From assembly GCA_964016885.1 (NCBI GenBank), contig OZ024749.1:54188001-54252000 (forward strand): 64,000 bases of DNA. Reading direction: 5' to 3'. Below the pieces are notes generated by a model. That model saw only the letters and a list, made by a program, of their open reading frames with translations, ran no database searches and was not told the DNA's origin. A program made the translations under genes and the position numbers. Of the stretch, positions 27,201-40,954 are shown piece after piece. Numbering within the stretch: position 1 is the first letter of the stretch; each line of letters starts with the position of its first letter. The DNA comes from Eledone cirrhosa. Its lineage: Eukaryota.

Positions 27201-27977
27201 AATTACACAAACACATACACACATGGTGCTATGACAAAAACCACAGAGTCCAAAATACCCAGTCTACGCTGTAAGGTGGTAGTGCTGGTGCCATGACAAA
27301 AGGTACCCAGTTCACACTGTAAGGAGGTAGTGCTGGTGTCATGCTAAAAAATACCCAGTCCACCCTATAAGGTGGTAGTGCCTGAGTCATGATAAAAAGC
27401 ACTCAGTACATATTTGTAATGCAGTTGGTGTCAGCAAGGGTATCCAGCTATAGAAACTCAACCCCCCAAAACAGAGCATATGAGAAAAACACCATCACCT
27501 AACCTGACTCTAATTTCATATAATGTGACAGCTTATCTAATCCATGCAAGAATGGAAAATAGATATGAAAAGGTGACAACGATGATGATGATGATGATGA
27601 TGATGACAATGATAACTGTTTCTATTTTTTGGCACAAGGCCAGCAATTATCCCAGTGTATTACTAGTACTTTATTTATAGACCCCGTAAGGATGAAAGGC
27701 AAAGTTAACCTCGGCGGGATTTGAACTCAGAATGTAAAGGGTTATCTGACTCTCTACTGATACTGCCAATCCACCGCCATTTTTTTTAGTACACTTCCCA
27801 TAAAAACAACAATAATAATAAAATAAATACTAGATGATAAAAACACAAACAAGAAAAGAAGAAATATATAGATACCGCAGCACATACTGCATGCTTCAAC
27901 ATCTTAAATATTTGCCTGTCCCTGCCAGACAACCAGACTCTTTCAATTGTTTGAACGGCACATTTCTTCAGTTCCAA
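21194..27977 (-). CDS. CXorf58: CXorf58-family protein (IQ-like N-terminal motif; function unknown), 8 exons, 370 aa plus an unresolved N-terminus
   Basis: complement(join(27876-27977,27060-27154,26389-26503,25265-25396,24592-24667,23245-23398,21972-22104,21194-21499)), all GT-AG and phase-compatible. Motifs IERVW..RQIFKMLKHAVCAAE, EAELLQDPSM, RFGGSNFPPMIYFKIY, IKYFSGK, DVVTLKDYMQY, DETPAKYGGKSNYWR and RRSERARRKVSKMKELY resemble human CXorf58 as recalled. Confidence 0.88.
21847..22312 (-). mobile_element. Two near-identical family-A SINEs flanking a CXorf58 exon
   Basis: ~21847-21962 and ~22128-22312 share the same sequence in the same orientation. Confidence 0.85.
21972..22104 (-). CDS. CXorf58: CXorf58 exon (QTSSSTSSFQRP...RRSERARRKVSKMKELYEQEKN)
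   Basis: tgtAG acceptor, AAT|GTAAAT donor. Confidence 0.85.
22333..22709. repeat. 37-bp minisatellite, 10 copies
   Basis: unit ACATTAGTTGTCTTAATGTCCTGTACCGCAGTAAACC. Confidence 0.95.
22745..23225. repeat. (CAC/CAA)-based higher-order repeat (~60-bp period)
   Basis: alternating CCACTGCCAACAACACTAT and CAACAACAGTAATAAT modules in (CAC)n. Confidence 0.9.
23245..23398 (-). CDS. CXorf58: CXorf58 exon (DVRRHTIFYSIVEYL...QLNILSSL)
   Basis: ttcAG acceptor, CA|GTAAGA donor. Confidence 0.88.
23861..24239 (+). mobile_element. RTE-clade LINE 3' fragment (C-terminus of ORF2), open frame
   Basis: RRLERNEASMLRWMCNV..RLRWYGHV..GRHSRGRPRKTW..DRGKWR motifs; embedded in (TA)n. Confidence 0.88.
24592..24667 (-). 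CDS. CXorf58: CXorf58 exon (YLSYLDETPAKYGGKSNYWRLLSLN)
   Basis: ttcAG acceptor, G|GTACGA donor. Confidence 0.9.
24965..25230. repeat. C-rich CCACCAACC(ATCCAC/CTCAC) minisatellite
   Basis: 15-16 bp units. Confidence 0.9.
25265..25396 (-). CDS. CXorf58: CXorf58 exon (ANEDCLRIKGPRLFYEQLLHD...DVVTLKDYMQ)
   Basis: gcAG acceptor, CAG|GTAGGG donor. Confidence 0.9.
25591..25817. mobile_element. piggyBac-type MITE, copy 4
   Basis: TTAA|CCCTTTAGCATTTA ... TAAATGCTAACGGG|TTAA. Confidence 0.8.
26389..26503 (-). CDS. CXorf58: CXorf58 exon (RFGGSNFPPMIYFKIYYHHSGPVIKYFSGKTMIHPAALE)
   Basis: tttAG acceptor, GAG|GTAAAG donor. Confidence 0.9.
27060..27154 (-). CDS. CXorf58: CXorf58 exon (ENSVTSIFLQTITPREAELLQDPSMSACVRL)
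   Basis: gcAG acceptor, AG|GTAAAT donor. Confidence 0.88.
27876..27977 (-). CDS. CXorf58: CXorf58 exon (LELKKCAVQTIERVWLSGRDRQIFKMLKHAVCAA)
   Basis: AG/GT boundaries on the minus strand, phase 0/0. Confidence 0.88.
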
Positions 27978-27995
27978 CTAATATTGAAGGATATA

Positions 27996-28158
27996 GAAAT
28001 ATAAATATAAATAATTGTTTCTACTTTTGGCACAAGGCCAGCAATTACCCAGTGCATTACTGGTACTTTATTTCATCGACCCCGTAAGGATGAAAGGCAA
28101 AGTCAACCTCGGCGGGATTTGAACTCAGATTGTAAAGGGAAATATAAATATAAATAAT
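27996..28158 (-). mobile_element. 5'-truncated family-A SINE with a 20-bp TSD
   Basis: GAAATATAAATATAAATAAT at 27996-28015 and 28139-28158. Confidence 0.8.
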
Positions 28159-28179
28159 AAAATAAAAACAGATAAAAAA

Positions 28180-28379
28180 NNNNNNNNNNNNNNNNNNNNN
28201 NNNNNNNNNNNNNNNNNNNNNNNNNNNNNNNNNNNNNNNNNNNNNNNNNNNNNNNNNNNNNNNNNNNNNNNNNNNNNNNNNNNNNNNNNNNNNNNNNNNN
28301 NNNNNNNNNNNNNNNNNNNNNNNNNNNNNNNNNNNNNNNNNNNNNNNNNNNNNNNNNNNNNNNNNNNNNNNNNNNNNNN
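28180..28379. other. Assembly gap (200 N)
   Basis: run of N. Confidence 1.
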
Positions 28380-28572
28380 ATCGACCTCGTAAAGATGAAA
28401 GGTAAAGTTGACCTCGGCCGGATTTGAACTCAGATCATAAAGGACCATAACTATGCTGCAAAGCATGGCGTCTGACGATCTACTGATACTGCCAATCCAA
28501 TAATAATTGTTTCTACTTTTGGCACAAGGCCAGCAATTACCCAGTACATTACTGGTACTTTATTTTATTGAC

Positions 28573-28632
28573 ACCTCGAGGATGACTGGAGAGATGTGTT
28601 TTTTCTCTAGAAATGGTGAAAGATAATTTCAT
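28573..28632 (-). CDS. Candidate first coding exon of CXorf58 (MKLSFTISREKTHLSSHPRG)
   Basis: ATG at 28632, preceded by a poly-C tract and AG acceptor (28640-28641); phase-0 but weak donor GGT|GTCAAT supplied by a SINE; an assembly gap lies downstream. Confidence 0.35.
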
Positions 28633-29074
28633 TTCAAATCTATCACTGACCAGTGGAGGGGGGGGGGGGGGGGGGGTGACAAACATATACCGTCAAAATA
28701 TACAAATATTATATACACACACATATATATATACATACACACACATATATATACACACACACATATATATATACACGATATATATATATACATCTTATAT
28801 ACAATATATATATACATCTTATATACAATATATATATATATCTTATATACGATATATATATATACATCTTATATACAATATATATATATATATATCTTAT
28901 ATACGATATATATATATACACAATATAATGATAATACAGACACTAAGACATGAAATAATGAAAGAATAAATAAAAAGATTAAAGAATTTAAACAGAAAAT
29001 AAAAATAATTTTCTTGCCTGTAGTAAGGTTTATTGAAAAGATCGCTGATGTTATTTTACTCACACACACACATC

Positions 29075-29105
<31 letters not shown>

Positions 29106-29676
29106 GCGTATATGAACATATATTTTTTTGTTTCCTAAAATATATAATTTTCTGTTTTCAATATCCAAGAAAAGAAATCGATAAAGAATTTATTGCCAGA
29201 CCATTGAAAACAGATTAAAATTCCGCCTAACCGGAAGTCTTGAGGTTTCTTCTGGTTGTAAAAAAAAAAGAGAACAACCAAAAGTATAAACTAAATGTAA
29301 TATTCACACTTTATATATATATATATATACTTATATATATGCGTATAAATATATATAGATATATATGTGTATATATATGCATATAAATATGTATATATGT
29401 ATGTATATATATATATATAAATATATATATGTGTGTGCGGATATATATATATTTATATATACATAGGACAGGAAAAGAATGTAGTGAATCAGCTATAACA
29501 ACAACAACAATAACTGAACAATAAGTACCATAATAATAATAATAATTGTTAGTTTTGTTGAAATGTCTTTACCTTAGTCTTTTATTGTTTCTTTTATTGT
29601 TTCTTTTATTCTCTTCTTAAAGTGGCATTGTGAACGTAACAGATTAAGTATTGCTGCAACTTCATTACAACATTTC

Positions 29677-30750
29677 TATTAAATATACTGGTTCTCTGTT
29701 GGTGTATATATATTAAATATACTGGTTCTCTGTTGGTGTATATATATTAAATATACTGGTTCTCTGTTGGTGTATATATATTAAATATACTGGTTCTCTG
29801 TTGGTGTATATATATTAAATATACTGGTTCTCTGTTGGTGTGGATATATTAAATATACTGGTTCTCTGTTGGTGTGTATATATTAAATATACTGGTTCTC
29901 TGTTGGTGTATATATATTAAATATACTGGTTCTCTGTTGGTGTATATATATTAAATATACTGGTTCTCTGTTGGTCTGTATATATATTAAATATACTGGT
30001 TCTCTGTTGGTGTGTATATATATTAAATATACTGGTTCTCTGTTGGTGTGGATATATTAAATATACTGGTTCTCTGTTGGTGTGTATATATTAAATATAC
30101 TGGTTCTCTGTTGGTGCATATATATTAAATATACTGGTTCTCTGTTGGTGTATATATATTAAATATACTGGTTCTCTGTTGGTGTATATATATTAAATAT
30201 ACTGGTTCTCTGTTGGTGTATATATATTAAATATACTGGTTCTCTGTTGGTGTGGATATATTAAATATACTGGTTCTCTGTTGGTGTGTATATATTAAAT
30301 ATACTGGTTCTCTGTTGGTGTATATATATTAAATATACTGGTTCTCTGTTGGTGTATATATATTAAATATACTGGTTCTCTGTTGGTCTGTATATATATT
30401 AAATATACTGGTTCTCTGTTGGTCTGTATATATATTAAATATACTGGTTCTCTGTTGGTGTGTATATATATTAAATATACTGGTTCTCTGTTGGTGTGGA
30501 TATATTAAATATACTGGTTCTCTGTTGGTGTGTATATATTAAATATACTGGTTCTCTGTTGGTGTATATATATTAAATATACTGGTTCTCTGTTGGTGTA
30601 TATATATTAAATATACTGGTTCTCTGTTGGTGTGTATATATATTAAATATACTGGTTCTCTGTTGGTGTGTATATATATTAAATATACTGGTTCTCTGTT
30701 GGTGTGTATATATATTAAATATACTGGTTCTCTGTTGGTGTGTATATTAA
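29677..30750. repeat. 34/36-bp minisatellite, ~31 copies
   Basis: unit ATTAAATATACTGGTTCTCTGTTGGTGTATATAT. Confidence 0.95.
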
Positions 30751-31052
30751 ATCGACTCTCCATGGTTCTTTTCAGTAGCTGACAATACCTTACCGGCGCC
30801 ACTCGAATAAGGTCATTATTTAACCCATAAATGGGGCCCTAACAGGTATACTACTCCGGGCCAGAGCAGACCTGGGGGTTATGACAACTAAGGGGTAACT
30901 CCACATTCCCCACAGCTCCTGAACTCCTGAACTAGAGCCTTGCCACTGGATGTAGTTTAATGTAATACCCAGGACAAAATATATATATTATAGAGAAATA
31001 GATAGATCGATAGATAGCGACATAGATAGTACAAATCAATGTACATACATAT

Positions 31053-31137
<85 letters not shown>

Positions 31138-33349
31138 GTCGCCCCAAAATATATACATACTTCGATTACCTGTACAGGCAATATTTATTAGAGTTTTGGG
31201 GAACACCGTGACCTCCATAACAGTCATATCTAATCACTATATATATATATATATATGTATGTATTTTTTATGTAGAAAAGTGGCAATGACTTCCAGGTTT
31301 TAGCTTAGTTGCATCGTCTGGCTGCGTCCTATATACCTGTGTGTGTGTGTTTATTATATATTTTTTCATAATTTCACTATTTCCTAATTTTCTATAAATT
31401 TGACATTTCCTCTCCACACAATTCTATTCTTCCTTGAAATTACTGTTAATTAATGTTAATTATGTAATACTGTTGATTAATGTTAATTATGTAATACTGT
31501 TAATTAATGTTAATTATGTATCTTTGTCATACCCACTTTTTTGGTTGAAATCATTAACTGCATATGTGATAATTTAAATTATCTGAAATTTTACCCTGAA
31601 TAACTACCAAACTCTGAAGAAAATATAATCATGAAAATATATTTGTCGTAAAATCCAATCCAATCCAGGGTCTTCTCACTCCTGTTGAAGGACCCCTCCC
31701 TGGTTGACCTCCACTGCTTTGTTTGGTTTGGGTCATATGATCAGAGGTGTAGCCTTACCACACTTGACCAATTGCATGTCAAGTGTGACTATTTAAACTA
31801 TAGTTGGGGTGGATGGCTGTTGACTCTAAGAAGTCCATCCACCCTTTTAACAGTTGTATTTTACTAGAGTTTCATTTACCCTCCTCAACAGACCAGGATC
31901 TAGTGGGGGAGCCAGTTTAGTCGCCGACCACTCAACCACCAAACAGGTTGTACTGGGTTAAATGGTACCAGTAGCAGTTCGAAGCTTGACTTGACCAGAT
32001 CAAGGTCTACTGAGGAAACTAATTTAGCCACTATCACTCAACCATGAAGCAGGTTCTACTGGTTTCTACAGGGTTACATGATACCAGTAGCAGGCAGAAT
32101 CCTGACCTGACAATACCGTAAAGAAGTGACAATATAATAAAGTTAGATGTCAGAAATGCAATGTATTGTAAAGACAATCGATTCTTACTACTATTATCAA
32201 GGACAACATTTGGCTTTTTTTTTATTTTCTCCCTTTTGGCTGCCAAATAAAACGTACTCATTGTCATAGCTGGTGGTTCTTTTTGCGAAAACAACGGCTA
32301 TATGTGCTTTTATTTTGCGTGCTTTTTGGTGGATTTTATTTTATTTTATTTTTTTGGTATTTTATTTTTTTATTTGAAAACGTCAATAGAGGCTATTTTC
32401 GTCGATCTACGCCTCAGCATAATAGTTGGTGATCACATGACCAATTGGCAACCTAGTACTGACTGATTAAGTGACTGTCGCATTCCCTCGAGTCTACTTT
32501 CCATATCGATCAGGAAATTTATCACGAAATAATATAAGCTAATAAATTAAACCACTCCCTCTCTCACCACCACCACTACCACCATCCCCACCATCTCAAA
32601 CAAACGTCCTGGTCGATGGCAACAATAACAACAACGAAATAAATGGACAGACAAACCAACTAAAAACAAATGAAAAATAAGAAAATAAAAATCAAAATGA
32701 AGTGGTAGATATGGATACGAAAAACTAACAGGCATACACACAAATACATACACACAAATACATACAACCACATACACACCCACACACAAATACACACACA
32801 CACACACACACACACAAATACAGCCACACACACACATAGAGAGAAGACAACACGTGTCTAATCGTGTAAGAGAAGGTCTATGTGTTGTAGAATTATGTTG
32901 GGTTCCGTGATGAAATAAGGAAGGAAAACTATTCAACTCATGATAAAGTCAGACGATCTTGAATTTTATTATGTATTTATTCATTCATTTATTTATATAC
33001 TTGTTTGGTTATGGGTTATAGTTGTTTTGTTTGTAGTAGAGTTGTTGTTTTGTTTGTAGTATATTTATTTTGTTTTGTGTTATATTTGTTGTTTTGTGGG
33101 CGGAGTTTGCTTCATATATTTTCATTCATTTCTCATGAACGATAAGGAAGCAAAAGAGCAAAGAGAATAGAATATAACGCAATGAGATTACAAGGTTGAC
33201 AGTTAAAATCTACTTTAGGTTTCCAGAACATTCTCTCACACACGCAGACCATTACATACTGACAGACCCACACATATACACACATACAAAGTCACTTACA
33301 CATTCGTCTCGCTTTTCCTTGGTTGTGTCTTGTCGTCCACTATATGTAT

Positions 33350-33421
<72 letters not shown>

Positions 33422-33945
33422 AGTGTGTATGTATGCATGTATAGTGAACGAGTGTATACATATTGGTGTATACAAACTCAGCCAAGCTGTAAATCTTCAT
33501 ATATAAAATTATACACAGGCGACAGACAGGGTAGAGACTGTATATTTACAAAATATCTATTTATAAATGAACTTTTCAAACAAACTAGATAGAAGTCACC
33601 CAGAACTACGAGGGAACACATCTCATCTATCTTCCAGCATAATTTCTGCTCAATGTAATGGACTATACAAGACTGTGCTACCAAATTAAACTTGGCGGAA
33701 CTCAAGTTCACTGAGACTTCAATGATCACGGCTCAGAGATTTGCTGCGATTGAGAATATTTTGAAGAGAGAAAGTGGAATCTCAGCAGCACCAAAAGGAA
33801 ACAAGGTCTGTTAAAAGAGTGAATGAGCTCCTCATAGTCAAAGGCCATCCAACCCAACACTAGGTTATATAGCCTCACCAACACGCAATTGTAAACTGAA
33901 GTTTTGTTTCTGTGTACTGCTACGTGTGTAACCCGGACAGTCACC

Positions 33946-34062
<117 letters not shown>

Positions 34063-34234
34063 CGCGTGTGTGTGTGTGTGTGTGTGTGTCCACCGAAGCC
34101 GTAGTGGTCGACTGAGGAGATGGAACTGCCCGTCTTTCCGTTGTTTTTTTCCCCCTTGTCTTGACCGCTCTTTTGAATTCATATTCTAAAGACTTAGCTA
34201 TGCGGGTTTTTTTTTTATTATTTCTCTCTCTCTC

Positions 34235-34279
<45 letters not shown>

Positions 34280-34719
34280 GCACATTAGTGTACACATATC
34301 TACATATACGTATATATATTTGTGTGGATATGTGTATCTTCAAAATGTTCTCATATACCAGGGTGTGAATGTGTGGGTTTGTGCATGTACGTGCGTGCAA
34401 ATATATTTGATAGTGCACCCATAAACACTGAGACAGAGCAGAACAAATGATCGCCCATACACTACATATACACCACATATACTACATATATATACTACAT
34501 ATACACCATATATACACTACATATACACCACATATACACCACATATACACTACATATACACCACATACACACCACATATACACCATATATACACTACATA
34601 TACACCACATATACACCACATAGATTAGATATATGAGAAAAATGATAATGAGGGGAAGGAAGAGAGTCGAATATGTAGAAAGGGAAGGAGAGAGGCTATT
34701 AGAGTGTAAAGGGGAGCAG

Positions 34720-34750
<31 letters not shown>

Positions 34751-34849
34751 CTATAATTTTGTCTGACTTCAAATCACCATTCACATATCAACAGACGTGT
34801 TACTCTTACATTCTATGTACATGTATAGGAATGAATGTATGTATATGTC

Positions 34850-34901
<52 letters not shown>

Positions 34902-35306
34902 TGTGTGTGTGTCTGTCTGTGTTTGTCTGTGTGTGTGTCTGTGTTTGTGAGTCTGTGGGAGGGTGTACACATATATGCAAGCGTGTGTACTAAAGTATAC
35001 ATATATATGCAACAGTATGAAAACATAAAACATACATATTCACAGACACACATGTATATATATATATATTTATATGTATATACATACATAATATATGTAT
35101 ATACATACATAATATATATATATATATATATACACACACATATATAGAAATCATTTATTATACTGCAGGAGAGGGCGTTTCCTGGTTATTTTCCAGTGTT
35201 ATAAATATTCGCTAATCATGTATATTGGATTGTTGCCACGTGGGCCTTTGATGAGCTGCATCGTGGATTGAGGCAAAAAAATTATATATTATACATATAT
35301 ATAAGA

Positions 35307-35366
<60 letters not shown>

Positions 35367-35389
35367 GTGCGTGTGTGTGTGCGTGCGTG

Positions 35390-35421
<32 letters not shown>

Positions 35422-36508
35422 GCAAAGATAAAAGATAGCAAAAATGATAAACTTCCTGCATATGTAGAATCATATATATGTATGTGTAAAAGTGTGAGTG
35501 GTGCGTATGTTTGTGTACTTGGGTATATGTGTGCGTGTGTATATATATATATATATGCGTGTGAGTGTATATATATACTGTACAATTTTTAAAAAATAAT
35601 ACAGGGAAGTCCACCTAGGTATTTTGACATCTGTAGTAGTAGTAGTAGTAGTAGTGGTAGTAGTAGTAGTAGTAGTAGTAAGACGATGTCATTGACTTGG
35701 AGTTAAAAGTCATTGTAACAGTAGCCGTAGTAGTAATACTAGTAATAACAATAGTTGAGGTTACAACCTAGAGGAGTTGGTGACGAAGGGAATATGCATG
35801 GTTGATTGTAATTTGGCAGGAAAATAGGAATTATTGGTACATATCGTTGGAATGGACACAACATAACACACATATATACACACAAACATGCACACTCATG
35901 TATACGCATGTATGTTGTGTGTACATATATAATATATATATATATACTGTATACAGATATATTTTTACTTATACACGTATCATAGATATTTTTGTCATAA
36001 AGCTAAGCTTAAACCATTTTGATAGCAAACGCACACACTACACACACATACTGACACACACACATATACTGACACACACACACTACACACACATACTGAC
36101 ACACACACATATACTGACACACACACACATACATGTGTAAATGCATGTATATTCTGTTATATATATATACGTGTATATATATATTACATATACGTATATG
36201 AATATGTTTTTGGCAGCATGACCCTCCCAAAGTGTGTGTGTGTGCGTGTGCGTGTGCGTGTGCGTGTGTGTGTGTGTGTCCATATTATTCATATTCTTTT
36301 CTCTGTGCTACTCTTAAAACGTTTCCATTACAAACAGGTTTAGCCCCGGGTCAGATAATAATATCTTCGCTCTACTTCACTTAAGTATTGAGTACTAACT
36401 TGAATTGTGCGCTTACTCCTCCTAACTAATAGCATCTCTTTTATCTGTCTCTCTCTGTCTTTCTGTCGTTCTTCCTCTCTATTGTTCACACTGGAATTCT
36501 CGACTGTA

Positions 36509-36556
<48 letters not shown>

Positions 36557-36929
36557 GAGAAAGAAAAGATAGATACAGATGTATGTATGTAAATTTATAT
36601 ATGCACATTTATATATGCACGAAATGCATAAATTAATATTTTTGCATGTTTTACAGTCTCTACATGTGCACATGTATATCGTTCAGTGAACATATTTCTA
36701 TGATTGTATTTGTTTATTGTGACAACCGAAATCTACTTTATCATAGTGAATAATTTCTGCTCTTTATAGTAATCTCGTTCAGGCTTTTTTTTTTATTGTT
36801 GCTTTTGTTGTTATTGTTATTTGCCATCTATCATTAAATTTATCACATTTTTGGCACCATCTTTGCAACTCATTTGCTATTCTTAATTCAATTTTCGAAA
36901 GCTTCTCAAAAAGTATTAAAAATACGACT

Positions 36930-37510
36930 ACATCATTTCCGGCTGCCCAGTTTTGTCAACTCTGAATATATTCACAGACACGATAGACTTGGCAATCTAT
37001 GTCCATTGGGCAATATGCCGACACATCGACTCGAAAAATCGAAAAGAAAACTTATAAACATACTGTACGTGTTTAATGCAAACAGCTTGACCACAATCAT
37101 CTGTAACATGCCTGCCTAAACGAATAAGGAATTTAACCACAAACTGTCCAGACATAATAAATAACTGATACGAAGATGTTTGTGTTTTGACAGACATTAG
37201 AATCCATTCTGACCGAAATATTGATGGAATTGAGATACAGAAATTGTTAAAAGAACCAGGTTCTCGAGGTTGGAGTAAGAATAATGCGTTGAATTAAATA
37301 AAACCAGGAAGAGAAGTAAGAAGATGAGACACATTTCAAGCAAGGACGACCGTCAGGTTGCAGCGAGAAAGTTCCATTCTGACCAGAATAGTACTGGGAC
37401 TGATGTGCGGAAAATGTTAAAAGAATGGGGATCTCGAGGTTGAAATAAAAATAATATGTCGAATAAAATATAACCTGGAGGCCCACATTAATAATAGCTG
37501 GCATTGGGGT
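36930..37510 (+). mobile_element. Decayed non-LTR retrotransposon of the restriction-like-endonuclease class (R4/Dong/Hero-like), C-terminal part
   Basis: frameshifted SGCP..NSEYIHRHD..VHWAIC knuckle, PDII..D and DLEVEI..IIIAGIG remnants; internal diverged duplication at ~37204 and ~37373. Confidence 0.6.
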
Positions 37511-40158
37511 TGCTCTGGAGAAGTTCCTCTTCGGGGTACAACCCTAGATAAGGTGTTTTGTGGAAGAACAAGTAGCCACCCATACATACCAGTCTCGCAT
37601 GTCTCCATTAATGATGTTATCCAAGATTAGAGCAAAGGACGATCCAACTTGACACACCAGTGACGTCGTTGTCTTTCATATTTCTAGATAAGAGAACAAT
37701 AAAGTGTACATTGCTCATGTACCCAGCATACCACCCGGTCCTGGAACAGAGCTTACCACATTGTCATGTTACAATCAATAGAAATAATATTGTGTTAGGA
37801 ATAACCGACATCCTACGGAATGTAGTAGTAGTAGTAGTAGTAATAGTAGTAGTAGTAGTATCAGCAGCAGCAGCACCACCACCACAGTAGTAGTAGCAAC
37901 AGTAGCATTATGGTTTATTACAGAATTATATTGGTTTGCTGTACACATATGGCAGAATACAAAGAGGAACAAGAAACAGTTTAATATTTGTAATGTCGAC
38001 AGCGTTCCATCAATACCAAACAGTTGGTTTATAAGCCAAATAAAACTGGAGGTCAAGCAAATTTGCTTTCAATGAAATTTCATTTTTATAAAATCTTTGA
38101 TGCTATTGACATAAAGGTATTTTCATCGTTGCTTAAACGTTTTCAAAGACATTATAATTTGTCTTTATGTCCCGTAGCCCGGATGTAATATGACTTCTAT
38201 TTTGTTTAATATTCAAAGTCAATTAACTTTATTAGATTTCTCGCTTCAAGATACGCCCTTCTTCTGTCATCGCATCATCGTAGTCGTAGAGGATTCCTGC
38301 AATTCTACTGCAGAGCAGCTTCAGCGAAATTTTAAGTTTTTTTTTTTTCTAGTTTCTTTATTATTGTTGCTTTTATTTGTCGTTCGATAACCTATCGAAG
38401 ACTGAAAAATGGACATCGAACTAAATATGTCATATTATATTAATGTTTTTTGTTGTTTTTTTGCCTCGAGATTGGTGGATTGGCAGAATCGGTAGAGCAT
38501 CTGAGAACATATTTTGTGGCATATACGAGGGTTAGCTGAAAAGTTCATAGCTGAACTTCGTTGTTATTGATCTTTACGTCAAATCCCACCGAGATTGCTG
38601 GATTGACAGAATCAGTAGAGCGTTGGACGACATGTTTTGTGGCATAAAGTTACGTCTCTTTACGTTCTGAGTTCAAATTTCGGTAGAATTCGAACTGAGA
38701 TGGAAAAGAAGTAAAACAAACACCACACAAAGTTATGTCTGGTGTTCTTATAACTCTGTTAACCATTGTATATCTATGTAACAAAGTTTTATTTGAGTTT
38801 AGTTCTTTAGAGAGTACATAAATGCATGTGATTCTTTTATAGGTATATGCGCGCGTGTATGTCATTGTGTGTATGTCTGTATGTGTGTGTCGCGTATGTG
38901 TGTGTGTCGTGTATGTGTATGTGTCGTGTGTGTGTCTGTGTATGCGTCTGTATGTATCGTGTGTGTGTGTCTGTGTATGTGTCTGTAGTAGATGTGTGTG
39001 TGTCTATCTGTGTAGGTGTATGTATATATCGTATGTGTGTGTGTCTATCTGTGTATGTGTATGTATATGTCGTGTGTGTGTGTATCTCTGTATATGTATA
39101 TGTCGTGTGTGTGTCTATCTCTGTATATGTATGTATCGTGTGTGTGTTTCTTCTTTTTATTTCCACCACAGATTATTACAACCAATCTTGAGATTCGGTT
39201 ATGTTTCCATCACATGCAAATGTCTAATTAAACATTTCACTATTTTTATTTGTTTTAATGGAAGCTCAGGAGATTTGTTGCGATTGAGTGAAGTTTTCAG
39301 CCGACATACAGTATATTTTTATCGGGTTATACTTTCTCATTAAAAAATATATAACCAAATATATTGAGCATTCGTTGTAAGGATACGACTTCTTCTCTCA
39401 AGAGGACTATTTTCATACAGTGAAATATATTTCATTCCTACCGTTGTTAATGTAGAGTTGCTTTTAATAGTTGCAATAAACTCTATGAAATACTGACCAG
39501 GCTATCAGTCCAAATCAATGACACTTTTCTTTGAATGATTTGCTGGTATTTAGGTCATGTTTTTGTATCTATCATTCATATATCTTCCTTTCATTTCTAC
39601 ATTAAAAATCAATCAGAAATCATGTTTTTGCTTTAATAATCTTTCGTATCTATAAAGCTGCCCCAATTCTCATGTTATCATTGCTAAGGATTTATTAGGT
39701 CAAACGTAGCCGTATACAGCCATCTTAGAAAAGACAGATATAAATTCAATAGTATTAGATTCTCAACATCGATATATGCCAATTATAATGATTGCTCTGT
39801 CATCTTTAATTCACGAAACCTTACAACTAGTTTCACGGATAATATTTTATGATTTTTATCATTTACTTTCTCAGTTCAAATCCTAAGGTGGTTAACTTTA
39901 CTTTCCATTATTACACGGTTGAAAAAAGGTCAGTACCAGTCATATCAATAGTCTTCTCGGGGAAATAATTTGATTGGTACAATATTCTATCTATCTATCG
40001 ATCCCCGGAAGGATAAATGGCAAAGTTGACATCCGTGATATTTACTCATACAATAATACTATTAATAATATTATGTATATATATATATACACAGACACAC
40101 AGACATATATGCGTAGAGTAAGATAGATTGATTCCTTGAAAAAAAAAAAAGCACACAC

Positions 40159-40210
<52 letters not shown>

Positions 40211-40279
40211 CCCATGTACACTCACACACACACACAATATATATATATATTATCCCATGTACACTCACGCACACACACA

Positions 40280-40312
<33 letters not shown>

Positions 40313-40314
40313 AT

Positions 40315-40900
40315 ATAGTTATGTAATAAACAACATAAGGCAATTATTTCATTTACCAGTGGTTTCTTAAAAGCAAACAAATTTTGCTTTCAATCATCAG
40401 AATGAAAAAATCCTGGTGTATTTATTGACATTGGATTTTAAAAACAAAAATATCTATATGAAAGTGAGGCTGGAAAAGGAAGAAGGAAAGGAAAAATAAA
40501 CACACATGCACACACACACACACACAATTACATACACACATATATACATACACATATATATACACATACATACATAATTGTGTGTATGTATATATGTGTG
40601 TATGTAATTGTTTGTGTGTGCGTGTGTGTGTGTGTGTGCATGTGTGTTTATTTTTCCTTTCCTTCTTCCTTTTCCAGCCTCACTTTTATATAGATTATAT
40701 TTTTGTTTTTAAAATCCAATGTCAATAAATACACCAGGATTTTTTTCATTCTGATGATTGAAAGCAAAATTTGTTTGCTTTTAAGAAACCACTGGTAAAT
40801 GAAATAATTGCCTTATGTTGTTTATTACATAACTATTAAGCTCTGTAACCTACATAGAGCACTCTTTTTTCCTGGACCTTTCCGACGGAATTACTTCATT
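40315..40900. mobile_element. Fold-back element: ~240-bp inverted arms plus a unique 3' tail
   Basis: 40315-~40550 is the reverse complement of ~40580-40836; second, shorter copy at 59428-59680. Confidence 0.75.
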
Positions 40901-40901
40901 T

Positions 40902-40954
<53 letters not shown>

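Noticed and set aside
33590-33900. Coding-like island between microsatellites
   Set aside because: Multiple stops; resembles a decayed LINE fragment; family not assignable by eye.
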